From the NCBI GenBank assembly GCA_964016885.1, contig OZ024742.1:368838001-368902000 (forward strand): a stretch of DNA of 64,000 nt, read 5' to 3'. The notes under the pieces are model-generated. The model was not told where the DNA came from. It saw nothing but the letters and a program-made list of their open reading frames with translations, and did no database searches. This document shows, piece after piece, positions 22,401 to 37,651 of this stretch. Positions within the stretch are counted from its first letter, which is position 1; every line of letters begins with the position of its first letter. Both the position numbers and the translations under genes were made by a program. The stretch is from Eledone cirrhosa (taxonomy: Eukaryota).

Positions 22401-25400
22401 TCCACCGTCCTAACATGGTGTCCGACCCTCTACCAATACTACCAATCCACCACCCTAACATGGTGTCAGACCCTCTACCAATACTACTAATCTCCCACCC
22501 TAACATGGTGTCAGACCCTCTACCAATACTACCAATCTACTACCCTACCATGGTGTCAGACCCTCAGCAATACTACCAATCCACCACCCTAACATGGTGT
22601 CAGACCCTCTACCAATACTGCCAATCCACCACCCTAACATGGTGTCAGACCCTCTACCAATACTACCAATCCACCACCCTAACATGGTGTCAGACCCTCT
22701 ACCAATACTACCAATCCACCACCCTAACATGGTGTCAGATCCTCTACCAATACTACCAATCCACCACCTAACATGGTGTCGGACCCTCTACCTATACTAC
22801 CAATCCACCACCCTAACATGGTGTCAGATCCTCTACTAATACTACCAATCTACCACCCTAACATGGTGTCAGACCCTCTACCAATACTACCAATCCACCA
22901 CCTAACATGGTGTCAGACCCTCTACCAATACTACCAATCTATCCCCGACTACCATGGTGTCAGACCCTCTACCAATACTACCAATCCACCACCCTAACAT
23001 GGTGTCAGACCTTCTACCTATACTACCAATCCACCACCCTAAGATGGTGTCAGACCCTCTACCAATACTACCAATCCACCACCTAACATGGTGTCAGACC
23101 CTCTACCAATACTACCAATCTACCCCCCGACTACCATGGTGTCAGACCCTCTACCAATACTACCAATCCACCGTCCTAACATGGTGTCCGACCCTCTACC
23201 AATACTACCAATCCACCACCCTAACATGGTGTCAGACCCTCTACCAATACTACTAATCTCCCACCCTAACATGGTGTCAGACCCTCTAACAATACTACCA
23301 ATCTACTACCCTACCATGGTGTCAGACCCTCAGCAATACTACCAATCCACCACCCTAACATGGTGTCAGACCCTCTACCAATACTGCCAATCCACCACCC
23401 TAACATGGTGTCAGACCCTCTACCAATACTACCAATCCACCACCCTAACATGGTGTCAGACCCTCTACCAATACTACCAATCCACCACCCTAACATGGTG
23501 TCAGATCCTCTACCAATACTACCAATCCACCACCTAACATGGTGTCAGACCCTCTACCAATACTACCAATCCACCACCCTAACATGGTGTCAGACCCTCT
23601 ACCAATACTGCCAATCCACCACCCTAACATGGTGTCAGACCCTCTACCAATACTACCAATCCACCACCCTACCATGGTGTCAGACCCTCTACCAATACTA
23701 CCAATCCACCACCCTAACATGGTGTCAGATCCTCTACCAATACTACCAATCCACCACCTAACATGGTGTCAGACCCTCTACCAATACTACCAATCCACCA
23801 CCCTAACATGGTGTCAGACCCTCTACCAATACTGCCAATCCACCACCCTACCATGGTGTCAGACCCTCTACCAATACTACCAATCCACCACCCTACCATG
23901 GTGTCAGACCCTCTACCAATAATACCAATCCACCACCCTAACATGGTGTCAGATCCTCTACCAATACTACCAATCCACCACCTAACATGGTGTCAGACCC
24001 TCTACCAATACTACCAATCCACCACCCTAACATGGTGTCAGACCCTCTACCAATACTGCCAATCCACCACCCTACCATGGTGTCAGACCCTCTACCAATA
24101 CTACCAATCCACCACCCTAACATGGTGTCAGATCCTCTACCAATACTACCAATCCACCACCTAACATAGTGTCAGACCCTCTACCAATACTACCAATCCA
24201 CCACCCTAACATGGTGTCAGACCCTCTACCAATACTGCCAATCCACCACCCTACCATGGTGTCAGACCCTCTACCAATACTACCAATCCACCACCCTACC
24301 ACGGTGTCAGATCCTCTACCAATACTACCAATCCACCCCCCTAAAATGGTGTCAGACCCTCTACCAATACTACCAATCCACCACCCTAACATGGTGTCCG
24401 ACCTTCTACCAATACTACCAATCCACCACGTAACATGGTGTCAGACCCTCTACCAATACTACCAATCCACCACCCTAACATGGTGTCCGACCTTCTACCA
24501 ATACTACCAATCCACCACGTAACATGGTGTCAGACCCTCTACCAATACTACCAATCCACCACCCTAACATGGTGTCCGACCTTCTACCAATACTACCAAT
24601 CCACCACGTAACATGGTGTCAGACCCTCTACCAATACTACCAATCCACCACCCTAACATGGTGTCCGACCCTCTACCAATACTACCAATCCACCACCCTA
24701 ACATGGTGTCGCATCCTCTACCAATACTACCAATCCACCACCGTAGCATGGTGTCCTACCCTCTACCAATACTGCCAATCCACCACCCTACCATGGTGTC
24801 AGACCCTCTACCAATACTACCAATCCACCACCCTAACATGGTGTCCTACCCTCTACCAATACTACCAATCCACCACCCTAACATGGTGTCAGACCCTCTA
24901 CCAATACTACCAATCCACCACCCTACCATGGTGTCAGACCCTCTACCAATACTACCAATCCACCACCCTAACATGGTGTCCTACCCTCTACCAATACTAC
25001 CAATCCACCACCCTAACATGGTGTCAGACCCTCTACCAATACTACCAATCCACCACCCTACCATAGTGTCAGACCCTCTACCAATAAAACCAATCCACCA
25101 CCCTAACATGGTGTCAGACCCTCTACCAATACTACCAATCCACCACCCTACCATAGTGTCAGACCCTCTACCAATACTACCAATCCACCACCCTAACATG
25201 GTGTCAGACCCTCTACCAATACTACCAATCCACCACGTAACATGGTGTCAGACCCTCTACCAATACTACCAATCCACCACCCTACCATAGTGTCAGACCC
25301 TCTACCAATACTACCAATCCACCACGTAACATGGTGTCAGACCCTCTACCAATACTACCAATCCACCACCCTAACATGGTGTAAGACACTCTACCAATAC

Positions 25401-26763
25401 TACCAATCCACCACGTAACATGGTGTCAGACCCTCTACCAATACTACCAATCCACCACCCTACCATGGTGTCAGACCCTCTACCAATACTACCAATCTAC
25501 CTCCCTAACATGGTGTCACATCCTCTACCAATACTACCAATCCACCACCCTACCATGGTGTCAGACCCTCTACCAATACTGCCAATCCACCACCTACCAT
25601 GGTGTCACATCCTCTACCAATACTACCAATCCACCTCCCTAACATGGTGTCACATCCTCTACCAATACTACCAATCTCCCACCCTAACATGGTGTCAGAC
25701 CCTCTACCAATACTACCAATCCACCACCCTAACATGGTGTCCGACCCTCTACCAATACTACCAATCCACCACCCTAACATGGTGTCCAACGCTCTACCAA
25801 TACTACCAATCCACCACCCTAACATGGTGTCCAACGCTCTACCGATACTACCAATCCACCACCCTAACATGGTGTCCAACGCTCTACCGATACTACCAAT
25901 CCACCACCCTAACATGGTGTCCAACGCTCTACCAATACTACCAATCCACCACCCTAACATGGTGTCCAACGCTCTACCGATACTACCAATCCACCACCCT
26001 AACATGGTGTCCTACCCTCTACCAATACTACCAATCCACCACCCTAACATGGTGTCCAACGCTCTACCAATACTACCAATCCACCACCCTAACATGGTGT
26101 CCAACGCTCTACCGATACTACCAATCCACCACCCTAACATGGTGTCCGACCCTCTACCAATACTACAAATCCACCACCCTAGCTTGGTGTCCAACGCTCT
26201 ACCGATACTGCCAATCAACCGCCCTAACATGGCATCCGACCATCTACCGATACTGCCAATCCACCGCCCTAACATGGCATCCGACCATCTACCGATACTG
26301 CCAATCCACAGCCCTAACATGGCATCCGACCATCTACCGATACTGCCAATCAACCGCCCTAACATGGCATCCGACCATCTACCGATACTGCCAATCAACC
26401 GCCCTAACATGGCATCCGACCATCTACCGATACTGCCAATCAACCGCCCTAACATGGCATCCGACCATCTACCGATACTGCCAATCAACCGCCCTAACAT
26501 GGCATCCGACCATCTACCGATACTGCCAATCCACCGCCCTAACATGGCATCCGACCATCTACCGATACTGCCAATCAACCGCCCTAACATGGCATCCGAC
26601 CATCTACCGATACTGCCAATCCACCGCCCTAACATGGCATCCGACCATCTACCGATACTGCCAATCCACCGCCCTAACATGGCATCCGACCATCTACCGA
26701 TACTGCCAATCAACCGCCCTAACATGGCATCCGACCATCTACCGATACTGCCAATCCACCGCC
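19428..26763. repeat. 45-bp minisatellite (TAACATGGTGTCAGACCCTCTACCAATACTACCAATCCACCACCC)n, ~163 copies
   Basis: Direct reading; 15-aa periodicity (MVSDPLPILPIHHPN); 44-bp deletion variants; 766-bp higher-order duplication. Confidence 0.98.
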
Positions 26764-26879
26764 TTTATAATAATTGTTTACAAAAAAGCGTCTCAAAAAT
26801 ATATCGTGCTTAACCCTTTCATTACCATATTACTAATGAAATATACTGTACATTAATTAATATGACTAAATACAGTATA

Positions 26880-29800
26880 ACTACTAGTACTAAAGACAGT
26901 ACTACTACTACTAACTACGGTACTACTACTAACTAAGGTACTACTACTAACTACAGTATTACTACTATTACTAACTACAGTATTACTACTACTAACTACA
27001 GTACTACTACTAACTAAGGTACTACTACTATTACTAACTACAGTATTACTACTACTAATGACAGTACTACTACTACTAACGACAGTACTACTACTACTAA
27101 CGACAGTACTACTACTACTAAGGACAGTACTACTACTACTAACTACAGTACTACTACTACTACTAACTACTACTACAAACTACAGTATTACTACTACCAA
27201 CAACAGTACTACTACTAACTACAGTATTACTAGTACTAAGTACAGTATTACTAGTACTAACTACAGTATTACTAGTACTAACTACAGTATTACTAGTACT
27301 AACTACAGTATTACTAGTACTAACTACAGTATTACTACTACTAACTACAGTACTACTAATAATAACTACAGTACTACTACTACTAACTACAGTATTACTA
27401 CTACTAACTACAGTATTACTACTACTAACTACAGTACTATTACTAACTACAGTATTACTACTACTACTAAGTACGGTATTAGTACTAACTACAGTACTAC
27501 TACTAACGACAGTATTACTACTACTAACTACAGTATTTCTACTACTAACTACAGTATTTCTACTACTAACTACTACTAACGACAGTATTACTACTACTAA
27601 CTACAGTATTACTACTAACTACAGTACTACTAACAACAGTACTACTAACAACAGTATTACTACTACTAACGACAGTACTACTACTAACTACAGTATTACT
27701 ACTACTAACTACAGTATTACTAATACTACTAACTACAGTATTTCTACTACTAACTACAGTATTACTACTACTACTATCTACAGTATTACTACTACTAACT
27801 ACAGTATTACTACTACTACTAACTACATAACTACTACTAACTACAGTATTACTACTACTAAATACAGTATTACTACTATCTACAGTATTACTACTATCTA
27901 CAGTATTACTACTACTAACTACAGTATTACTACTACTACTAACGACAGTACTGCTACTACCTACAGTACTACTACTAACTACAGTATTACTACTAACTAC
28001 AGTATTACTAATACTACTAACTACAGTATTACTAATACTACTAACTACAGTAGTACTGCTACTAACGACAGTACTACTACTAACAACAGTACTACTACTT
28101 ACAGTACTACTACTACTAACTACAGTATTACTATTACTAACGACAGTACTACTACTAACTACAGTACTACTACTAGTAACGACAGTACTACTACTAACTA
28201 CAGTATTACTACTTGTAACGACAGTACTACTACTAACTACTGTATTACTACTACTAACTACAGTATTACTACTACTACTACTAAGTACAGTATTACTACT
28301 ACTAACTACAGTATTACTACTACTAACTACAGTATTACTACTACTAAGTACAGTATTACTACTACTAACTACAGTACTACTGCTAAATACAGTACTACTA
28401 CTAACTACAGTATTACTACTACTAACTACAGTATTACTACTACTGACTACAGTACTACTACTACTAACTACAGTACTACTACTACTAACTACAGTATTAC
28501 TACTACTAACTACAGTATTACTACTAACTACAGTATTACTACTACTACTAACTACAGTATTACTACTACTAACGACAGTACTACTACTACTAACTACAGT
28601 ATTACTAGTACAACTACAGTACTACTACTACTATCTACAGTATTACTACTACTAACTACAGTATTACTACTACTACGAACTACAGTATTACTACTACTAA
28701 CTACAGTATTACTACTACTAACTACAGTACTACTACTACCTACAGTATTACTACTACTACTACCTACAGTATTACTACTACTACTACCTACAGTATTACT
28801 ACTACTACTATCTACAGTATTACTACTACTACTATCTACAGTATTACTACTACTACTATCTACAGTATTACTACTACTAACTACAGTATTACAACTACTA
28901 CTAACTACAGTATTACTACTACTACTAACTACATAACTACTACTAACTACAGTATTACTACTACTACTAAATACAGTATTACTACTATCTACAGTATTAC
29001 TACTACTAACTACAGTATTACTACTACTACTAACTACAGTACTGCTACTACCTACAGTACTACTACTAACTACAGTATTACTACTACTAACTACAGTAGT
29101 ACTGCTACTAACGACAGTACTACTACTAAAAACAGTACTACTACTTACAGTACTACTACTAATAACTACAGTACTACTACTAACAACAGTACTACTACTT
29201 ACAGTACTACTACTAATAACTACAGTACTACTACTAACTACAGTATTAATACTACTAACGACAGTACTACTACTAACTACAGTACTACTACTAACTACAG
29301 TATTACTACTAACTACAGTACTACTACTAACTAGAGTATTACTACTACTAACTAGAGTATTACTACTACTAACTACAGTATTACTACTACTAACTACAGT
29401 ACTACTACTAACTACAGTACTACTACTAACTACAGTACTACTACTAACTACAGTATTACTACTAACTACAGTACTACTACTAACTACAGTATTACTACTA
29501 CTAACTACAGTATTACTACTACTAACTACAGTATTACTACTACTAACTACAGTACTACTACTAACTACAGTATTACTACTACTAACTACAGTATTACTAC
29601 TACTAACTACAGTATTACTACTACTAACTACAGTACTACTACTAACTACAGTATTACTACTAACTACAGTACTACTACTACCAACTACAGTACTACTACT
29701 AACTGCAGTATTACTACTACTAACTACAATACTACTACTATTAACTACAGTATTACTACTACTACTAACTACAGTATTACTACTACTAACTACAGTACTA

Positions 29801-32800
29801 CTACTATTAACTACAGTATTACTACTACTACTAACTACAGTATTACTACTACTACTAACTACAGTATTACTACTACTAACTACAGTATTACTACTACTAA
29901 CTACAGTATTACTACAAACTACAGTATTACTACTACTAACTACAGTACTACTACTAACTACAGTATTACTACCAACTACAGTACTACTACTAACTGCAGT
30001 ATTACTACTACTAACTACAGTACTACTACTAACTACAGTATTACTACTAACTACAGTATTACTACTAACTACAGTATTACTACTAACTACAGTACTACTA
30101 CTACTAACTACAGTATTACTACTAACTACAGTACTACTACTAACTACAGTATTACTACTACTAACTACAGTATTACTACTACTAACTACAGTATTACTAC
30201 TAACTACAGTATTACTACTACTAACTACAGTATTACTACTACTAACTACAGTATTACTACAAACTACAGTACTACTACTAACTACAGTATTACTACTACT
30301 AACTACTACTAACTACAGTACTACTACTAACTACAGTACTACTACTAACTACAGTATTACTACTAACTACAGTATTACTACTAACTACAGTACTACTACT
30401 AACTACAGTATTACTACTAACTACAGGATTACTACTACTAAGTACAGTATTACTACTACTAACTACAGTACTACTGCTAAATACAGTACTACTACTAACT
30501 ACAGTATTACTACTACTAACTACAGTATTACTATTACTAAATACAGTATTACTACTACTAACTACAGTATTACTACTAACTACAGTATTACTACTAACGA
30601 CAGTATTACTACTAACGACAGTATTACTACTACTAACGACAGTATTACTACTACTAACGACAGTATTACTACTACTAACGACAGTATTACTACTACTAAC
30701 GACAGTACTACTACTACTAACTACAGTATTACTAGTACAACTACAGTACTACTACTACTATCTACAGTATTACTACTACTAACTACAGTATTACTACTAC
30801 TACGAACTACAGTATTACTACTACTACTAACTACAGTATTACTACTACTACTATCTACAGTATTACTACTACTAACTACAGTATTACTACTACTACTAAC
30901 TACATAACTACTACTACCTACAGTATTACTACTACTACTACCTACAGTATTACTACTACTAAATACAGTATTACTACTATCTACAGTATTACTACTAACT
31001 ACAGTATTACTACTACTACTAACTACAGTACTGCTAACTACAGTATTACTACTATCTACAGTATTACTACTACTAACTACAGTATTACTACTACTAACTA
31101 CAGTATTACTAATACTACTAACTACAGTAGTACTGCTACTAACAACAGTACTACTACTTACAGTACTACTACTACTAACTACAGTATTACTACTACTAAC
31201 GACAGTACTACTACTAACTACAGTACTACTACTAGTAACGACAGTACTACTACTAACTACAGTATTACTACTTGTAACGACAGTACTACTACTAACTACT
31301 GTATTACTACTACTAACTACAGTATTACTACTACTACTACTAAGTACAGTATTACTACTACTAACTACAGTACTACTACTAACTACAGTATTACTACTAC
31401 TAACTACAGTATTACTACTACTAACTACAGTATTACTACTAAGTACAGTATTACTACTACTAACTACAGTACTACTGCTAAATACAGTACTACTACTAAC
31501 TACAGTATTACTACTACTAACTACAGTATTACTACTACTAACAACAGTACTACTACTACTAACAACAGTACTACTACTACTAACTACAGTACTACTACTA
31601 CTAACTACAGTACTACTACTACTAACTACAGTATTACTACTACTACTAACTACAGTATTACTACTACTAACTACAGTATTACTACTACTAACGACAGTAC
31701 TACTACTACTAACTACAGTATTACTAGTACAACTACAGTACTACTACTACTATCTACAGTATTACTACTACTAACTACAGTATTACTACTACTACGAACT
31801 ACAGTATTACTACTACTAACTACAGTATTACTACTACTAACTACAGTACTACTACTACCTACAGTATTACTACTACTACTACCTACAGTATTACTACTAC
31901 TACTATCTACAGTATTACTACTACTACTATCTACAGTATTACTACTACTACTATCTACAGTATTACTACTACTACTAACTACAGTACTGCTAACTACAGT
32001 ATTACTACTATCTACAGTATTACTACTACTAACTACAGTATTACTACTACTAACTACAGTATTACTAATACTACTAACTACAGTAGTACTGCTACTAACA
32101 ACAGTACTACTACTTACAGTACTACTACTACTAACTACAGTATTACTACTACTAACGACAGTACTACTACTAACTACAGTACTACTACTAGTAACGACAG
32201 TACTACTACTAACTACAGTATTACTACTTGTAACGACAGTACTACTACTAACTACTGTATTACTACTACTAACTACAGTATTACTACTACTACTACTAAG
32301 TACAGTATTACTACTACTAACTACAGTACTACTACTAACTACAGTATTACTACTAACTACTGTATTACTACTACTAACTACAGTATTACTACTACTACTA
32401 CTAAGTACAGTATTACTACTACTAACTACAGTACTACTACTAACTACAGTATTACTACTACTAACTACAGTATTACTACTACTAACTACAGTATTACTAC
32501 TAAGTACAGTATTACTACTACTAACTACAGTACTACTGCTAAATACAGTACTACTACTAACTACAGTATTACTACTACTAACTACAGTATTACTACTACT
32601 AACAACAGTACTACTACTACTAACTACAGTACTACTACTACTAACTACAGTATTACTACTACTACTAACTACAGTATTACTACTACTAACTACAGTATTA
32701 CTACTACTAACGACAGTACTACTACTACTAACTACAGTATTACTAGTACAACTACAGTACTACTACTACTATCTACAGTATTACTACTACTAACTACAGT

Positions 32801-35728
32801 ATTACTACTACTACGAACTACAGTATTACTACTACTAACTACAGTATTACTACTACTAACTACAGTACTACTACTACCTACAGTATTACTACTACTACTA
32901 CCTACAGTATTACTACTACTACTATCTACAGTATTACTACTACTACTATCTACAGTATTACTACTACTACTATCTACAGTATTACTACTACTACTATCTA
33001 CAGTATTACTACTACTAACTACAGTATTACTACTACTACTAACTACATAACTACTACTAACTACAGTATTACTACTACTACTAACTACATAACTACTACT
33101 AACTACAGTATTACTACTACTAAATACAGTATTACTACTATCTACAGTATTACTACTACTAACTACAGTATTACTACTACTACTAACTACAGTACTGCTA
33201 CTACCTACAGTACTACTACTAACTACAGTATTACTACTACTAACTACAGTAGTACTGCTACTAACGACAGTACTACTACTAACAACAGTACTACTACTTA
33301 CAGTACTACTACTAATAACTACAGTACTACTACTAACAACAGTACTACTACTTACAGTACTACTACTAATAACTACAGTACTACTACTAACTACAGTATT
33401 AATACTACTAACGTCAGTACTACTACTAACTACAGTACTACTACTAACTACAGTATTACTACTAACTACAGTACTACTACTAACTACAGTATTACTACTA
33501 GTAACGACAGTACTACTACTAACTACAGTATTACTACTAGTAACGACAGTACTACTACTAACTACAGTATTACTACTACCTACAGTATTACTACTACTAA
33601 CGACAGTATTACTACTACTAACGACAGTACTACTACTAACTACAGTATTACTACTACTAACTACAGTATTACTACTACTAACTACAGTATTACTACTACT
33701 ACTAACTACAGTACTACTACTATTAACTACAGTACTACTACTACGAATAACTACAGTACTACTAACTACAGTATTACTACTACTAACGACAGTACTACTA
33801 CTAACTACAGTACTACTCCTAACGACAGTACTACTACTACTAACTACAGTATTACTACTACTAACTACAGTATTACTACTACTAACTACAGTACTACTAC
33901 TACTACTAACTACAGTACTACTACTACTAACTACAGTACTACTACTACTACTAACTACAGTATTACTACTACTAACTACAGTATTACTACTACTACCAAC
34001 TACAGTACTACTACTAACTGCAGTATTACTACTACTAACTACAGTACTACTACCAACTACAGTATTACTACCAACTAGAGCATTACTACTACTAACTACA
34101 GTACTACTACTAACTACAGTATTACTACTAACTACAGTACTACTACTAACTACAGTATTACTACTACTAACTACAGTATTACTACTACTAACTACAGTAC
34201 TACTACTACTAACTACAGTACTACTACTAACTACAGTACTACTAACTACAGTATTACTTCTACTAACTACAGTATTACTACTACTAACTACAGTATTACT
34301 ACTAACTACAGTACTTCTACTAACTACAGTATTACTACTAACTACAGTATTACTACTACTAACTACAGTATTACTACTACTAACTACAGTATTACTACTA
34401 CTAACTACAGTACTACTACCAACTACAGTATTACTACTACTAACTACAGTATTACTACTACTAACTACAGTATTACTACTACTAACTACAGTATTACTAC
34501 TACTAACTACAGTACTACTACTAACTACAGTATCACTACTAACTACAGTACTACTACTAACTACAGTACTACTACTAACTACAGTATTACTACTACTAAC
34601 TACAGTATTACTACTACTAACTACAGTATTACTACTACTAACTACAGTATTACTACTAACTACAGTACTACTACTAACTACAGTATTACTACTACTAACT
34701 ACAGTATTACTACTACTAACTACAGTACTACTACTAACTACAGTATTACTACTAACTACAGTACTACTACTACCAACTACAGTACTACTACTAACTGCAG
34801 TATTACTACTACTAACTACAATACTACTACTATTAACTACAGTATTACTACTACTACTAACTACAGTATTACTACTACTACTAACTACAGTATTACTACT
34901 ACTACTAACTACAGTATTACTACTACTAACTACACTACTACTACTATTAACTACAGTATTACTACTACTACTAACTACAGTATTACTACTACTAACTACA
35001 GTATTACTACTAACTACAGTACTACTACTAACTACAGTACTACTACTAACTACAGTATTACTACTACTAACTACAGTATTACTACTACTAACTACAGTAT
35101 TACTACCAACTACAGTACTACTACTAACTGCAGTATTACTACTACTAACTACAGTACTACTACTAACTGCAGTATTACTACTACTAACTACAGTACTACT
35201 ACTAACTACAGTATTACTACTAACTACAGTATTACTACTAACTACAGTACTACTACTAACTACAGTATTACTACTACTAACTACAGTATTACTACTAACT
35301 ACAGTACTACTACTACCAACTACAGTACTACTACTAATTGCAGTACTACTACTAACTACAGTACTACTACTAACTACAGTACTACTACTAACTACAGTAC
35401 TACTACTAACTACAGTATTACTACTAACTACAGTACTACTACTAACTACAGTACTACTACTAACTACAGTACTACTACTAACTACAGTACTACTACTAAC
35501 TACAGTACTACTACTAACTACAGTACTACTACTAACTACAGTACTACTACTAACTACAGTATTACTACTAACTACAGTATTACTACTAACTACAGTACTA
35601 CTACTAACTACAGTACTACTACTAACTACAGTACTACTACTAACTACAGTATTACTACTAACTACAGTACTACTACTAACTACAGTACTACTACTAACTA
35701 CAGTATTACTACTAACTACAGTATTACT
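26880..35728. repeat. Variable-unit TAC-rich satellite, AACTACAGTA(T/C)TAC(TAC)1-4T, units ~18-27 bp
   Basis: Direct reading; constant ACTACAGTA core plus a variable (TAC)n arm. Confidence 0.97.
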
Positions 35729-35832
35729 AAGTTAACACTGAAAGGAGGCAAGGTCACCTTTGTTATGATTTAAACTCAGAATCTAAAGGAATGTTACTAA
35801 AAGAGAAAAAGCATTTTATAATCAATTGATTA

Positions 35833-37012
35833 CGGTGATGGTGCTGGTGGTGGTTGTGGTGGTGGTGATGGTTGTGGTGGTGGTGATGGTTGTGGTGGTG
35901 ATGGTGGTGGTTGTGGTGGTGGTGGTGGTTGTGGTTGTGGTGGTGGTGATGGTTGTGGTTGTGGTGCTGGTGGTGGTTGTGGTGATGATGGTGGTGGTGG
36001 TTGTGGTGGTGGTGATGGTTGTGGTGGTGATGGTGGTGGTTGTGGTGATGGTGGTGGTTGTGGTGATGGTGGTGGTTGTGGTTGTGGTGGTGGTGATGGT
36101 TGTGGTTGTGGTGCTGGTGCTGGTTGTGGTGATGATGGTGGTGGTGGTTGTGGTGGTGGTGATGGTTGTGGTGGTGATGGTGGTGGTTGTGGTGATGGTG
36201 GTGGTTGTGGTGATGGTGGTGGTTGTGGTGATGGTGGTGGTTGTTGTGGTGGTGATGGTGGTTGTGGTGGTGGTGATGGTTGTGGTGGTGATGGTGGTGG
36301 TTGTGGTGGTGGTGATGGTGGTTGTGGTGGTGCTGATGGTTGTGGTGGTGGTTGTGGTGGTGGTGATGGTGGTGATGGTGGTTGTGGTGGTGGTGATGGT
36401 TGTGGTGGTGGTTGTGGTGGTGGTGATGGTGGTGATGGTGGTTGTGGTGGTGGTGATGGTTGTGGTGGTGATGGTGGTGGTTGTGGTGGTGGTGATGGTG
36501 GTTGTGGTGGTGCTGATGGTTGTGGTGGTGATGGTGGTGGTTGTGGTGATGGTGGTGGTTGTTGTGGTGGTGATGGTGGTTGTGGTGGTGGTGATGGTTG
36601 TGGTGGTGATGGTGGTGGTTGTGGTGCTGGTGGTGGTTGTGGTGATGGTGGTTGTGGTGGTGAGGGTGGTTATGGTGGTGGTGGCTGTGGTGGTGGTGGT
36701 GGCTGTAGTGGTGTTGGTGCTGGTGGTGTGGTGCTGGTGGTGGCTGTGGTGATGGTGGTGGTGGTTGTGGTGGTGGCTGTAGTGGTGGTGGTACTGGTGG
36801 TCGCTATGGTGGTGGCTGTAGTGGTGGTGGTACTGGTGGTCGCTGTGGTGGTGGCAGTGGTGGTGGTAGCTGTAGTGGTGGTGGTGGTGGCTGTGGTGGT
36901 GGTGGTGCTGGTGGTTGTGATGGTTATGGTGGTGGTGGTGGTGCTGGTGGTGGTGATGGTGGTGCTGGTGGTGGTGGTTGTGATGTTTATGATGGTGATG
37001 ATGATAGTGGTG
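35833..37012. repeat. Degenerate (GGT)n trinucleotide repeat
   Basis: GTG/GTT/ATG/CTG triplets; gives spurious poly-Val and poly-Thr ORFs. Confidence 0.97.
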
Positions 37013-37553
37013 GCAGCAACAGCTCTGTTCATTAATCCAGCCTCCCAGCTTCTATTTAAATATAAAACTTTCCAACATAATTTTATATAAAAACTGTTTT
37101 AACTTAGGTTACAAACAGCATCACTGTTAGACATCAATTATTCCATGGGTGGGTTGGACTGTAACCATGTTTACAGTGTGGAACTGGATGGCTCCATTAT
37201 GAGGAGGGACAGGAACTACAATTTATCGACCCTGGCACTAGATGATACCACTAGAGGAAAAGACCAGTTGGCCGCCCCAAACCCTTCTCACGGTGGCACA
37301 CCAGTTTCGGAACAAGGCATTCTCCATGCAACGAAATCACAATGTGTGAGCCAGAGGCTAGTGGCACCCCAGTTTTAGGGCCAGGTACTCTCCACACAGT
37401 GAACCCTTCCCGATACGAAGCCAGATAATAGGGGCAGTCTGATAGTGTTGACTAATAATACAGACATCAGATCCGATCCCGGATTATATATATATATATA
37501 TATATAATCCAGGATCATATATATATATATATATATATTTATTGTATAGAAGC

Positions 37554-37604
37554 AGCTTCTACAGGACTAGTACTGTTTCATTCAGATGAAATCTTCAGGA
37601 AGCT
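37554..37604 (-). ncRNA. Type I hammerhead ribozyme (mirror copy)
   Basis: Reverse complement of 37601-37651. Confidence 0.82.
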
Positions 37605-37651
37605 TCCTGAAGATTTCATCTGAATGAAACAGTACTAGTCCTGTAGAAGCT
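37601..37651 (+). ncRNA. Type I hammerhead ribozyme
   Basis: AGCTTC-CTGAAGA-T-TTC-ATCT-GAA-T-GAAA-CAG-TACTAGTC-CTG-TA-GAAGCT: stem I AGCTTC/GAAGCT, stem II TTC/GAA, stem III CAG/CTG, GUA triplet; AATAAA follows at ~37662. Confidence 0.85.

Noticed and set aside
19418-26856. Pro-rich MVSDPLPILPIHHPN repeat 'proteins'
   Set aside because: They come from a 45-bp SINE-derived minisatellite; frequent 44-bp units break the frame.
35826-37090. Poly-Val / poly-Thr (mucin-like) ORFs
   Set aside because: Degenerate (GGT)n microsatellite with no unique coding flanks or supported splice structure.
37145-37378. 77-aa ORF with VYSVELDGSIMRRDR, faintly like the C-terminal tail of Gypsy integrases
   Set aside because: The similarity is too short, with no integrase core or LTRs nearby.
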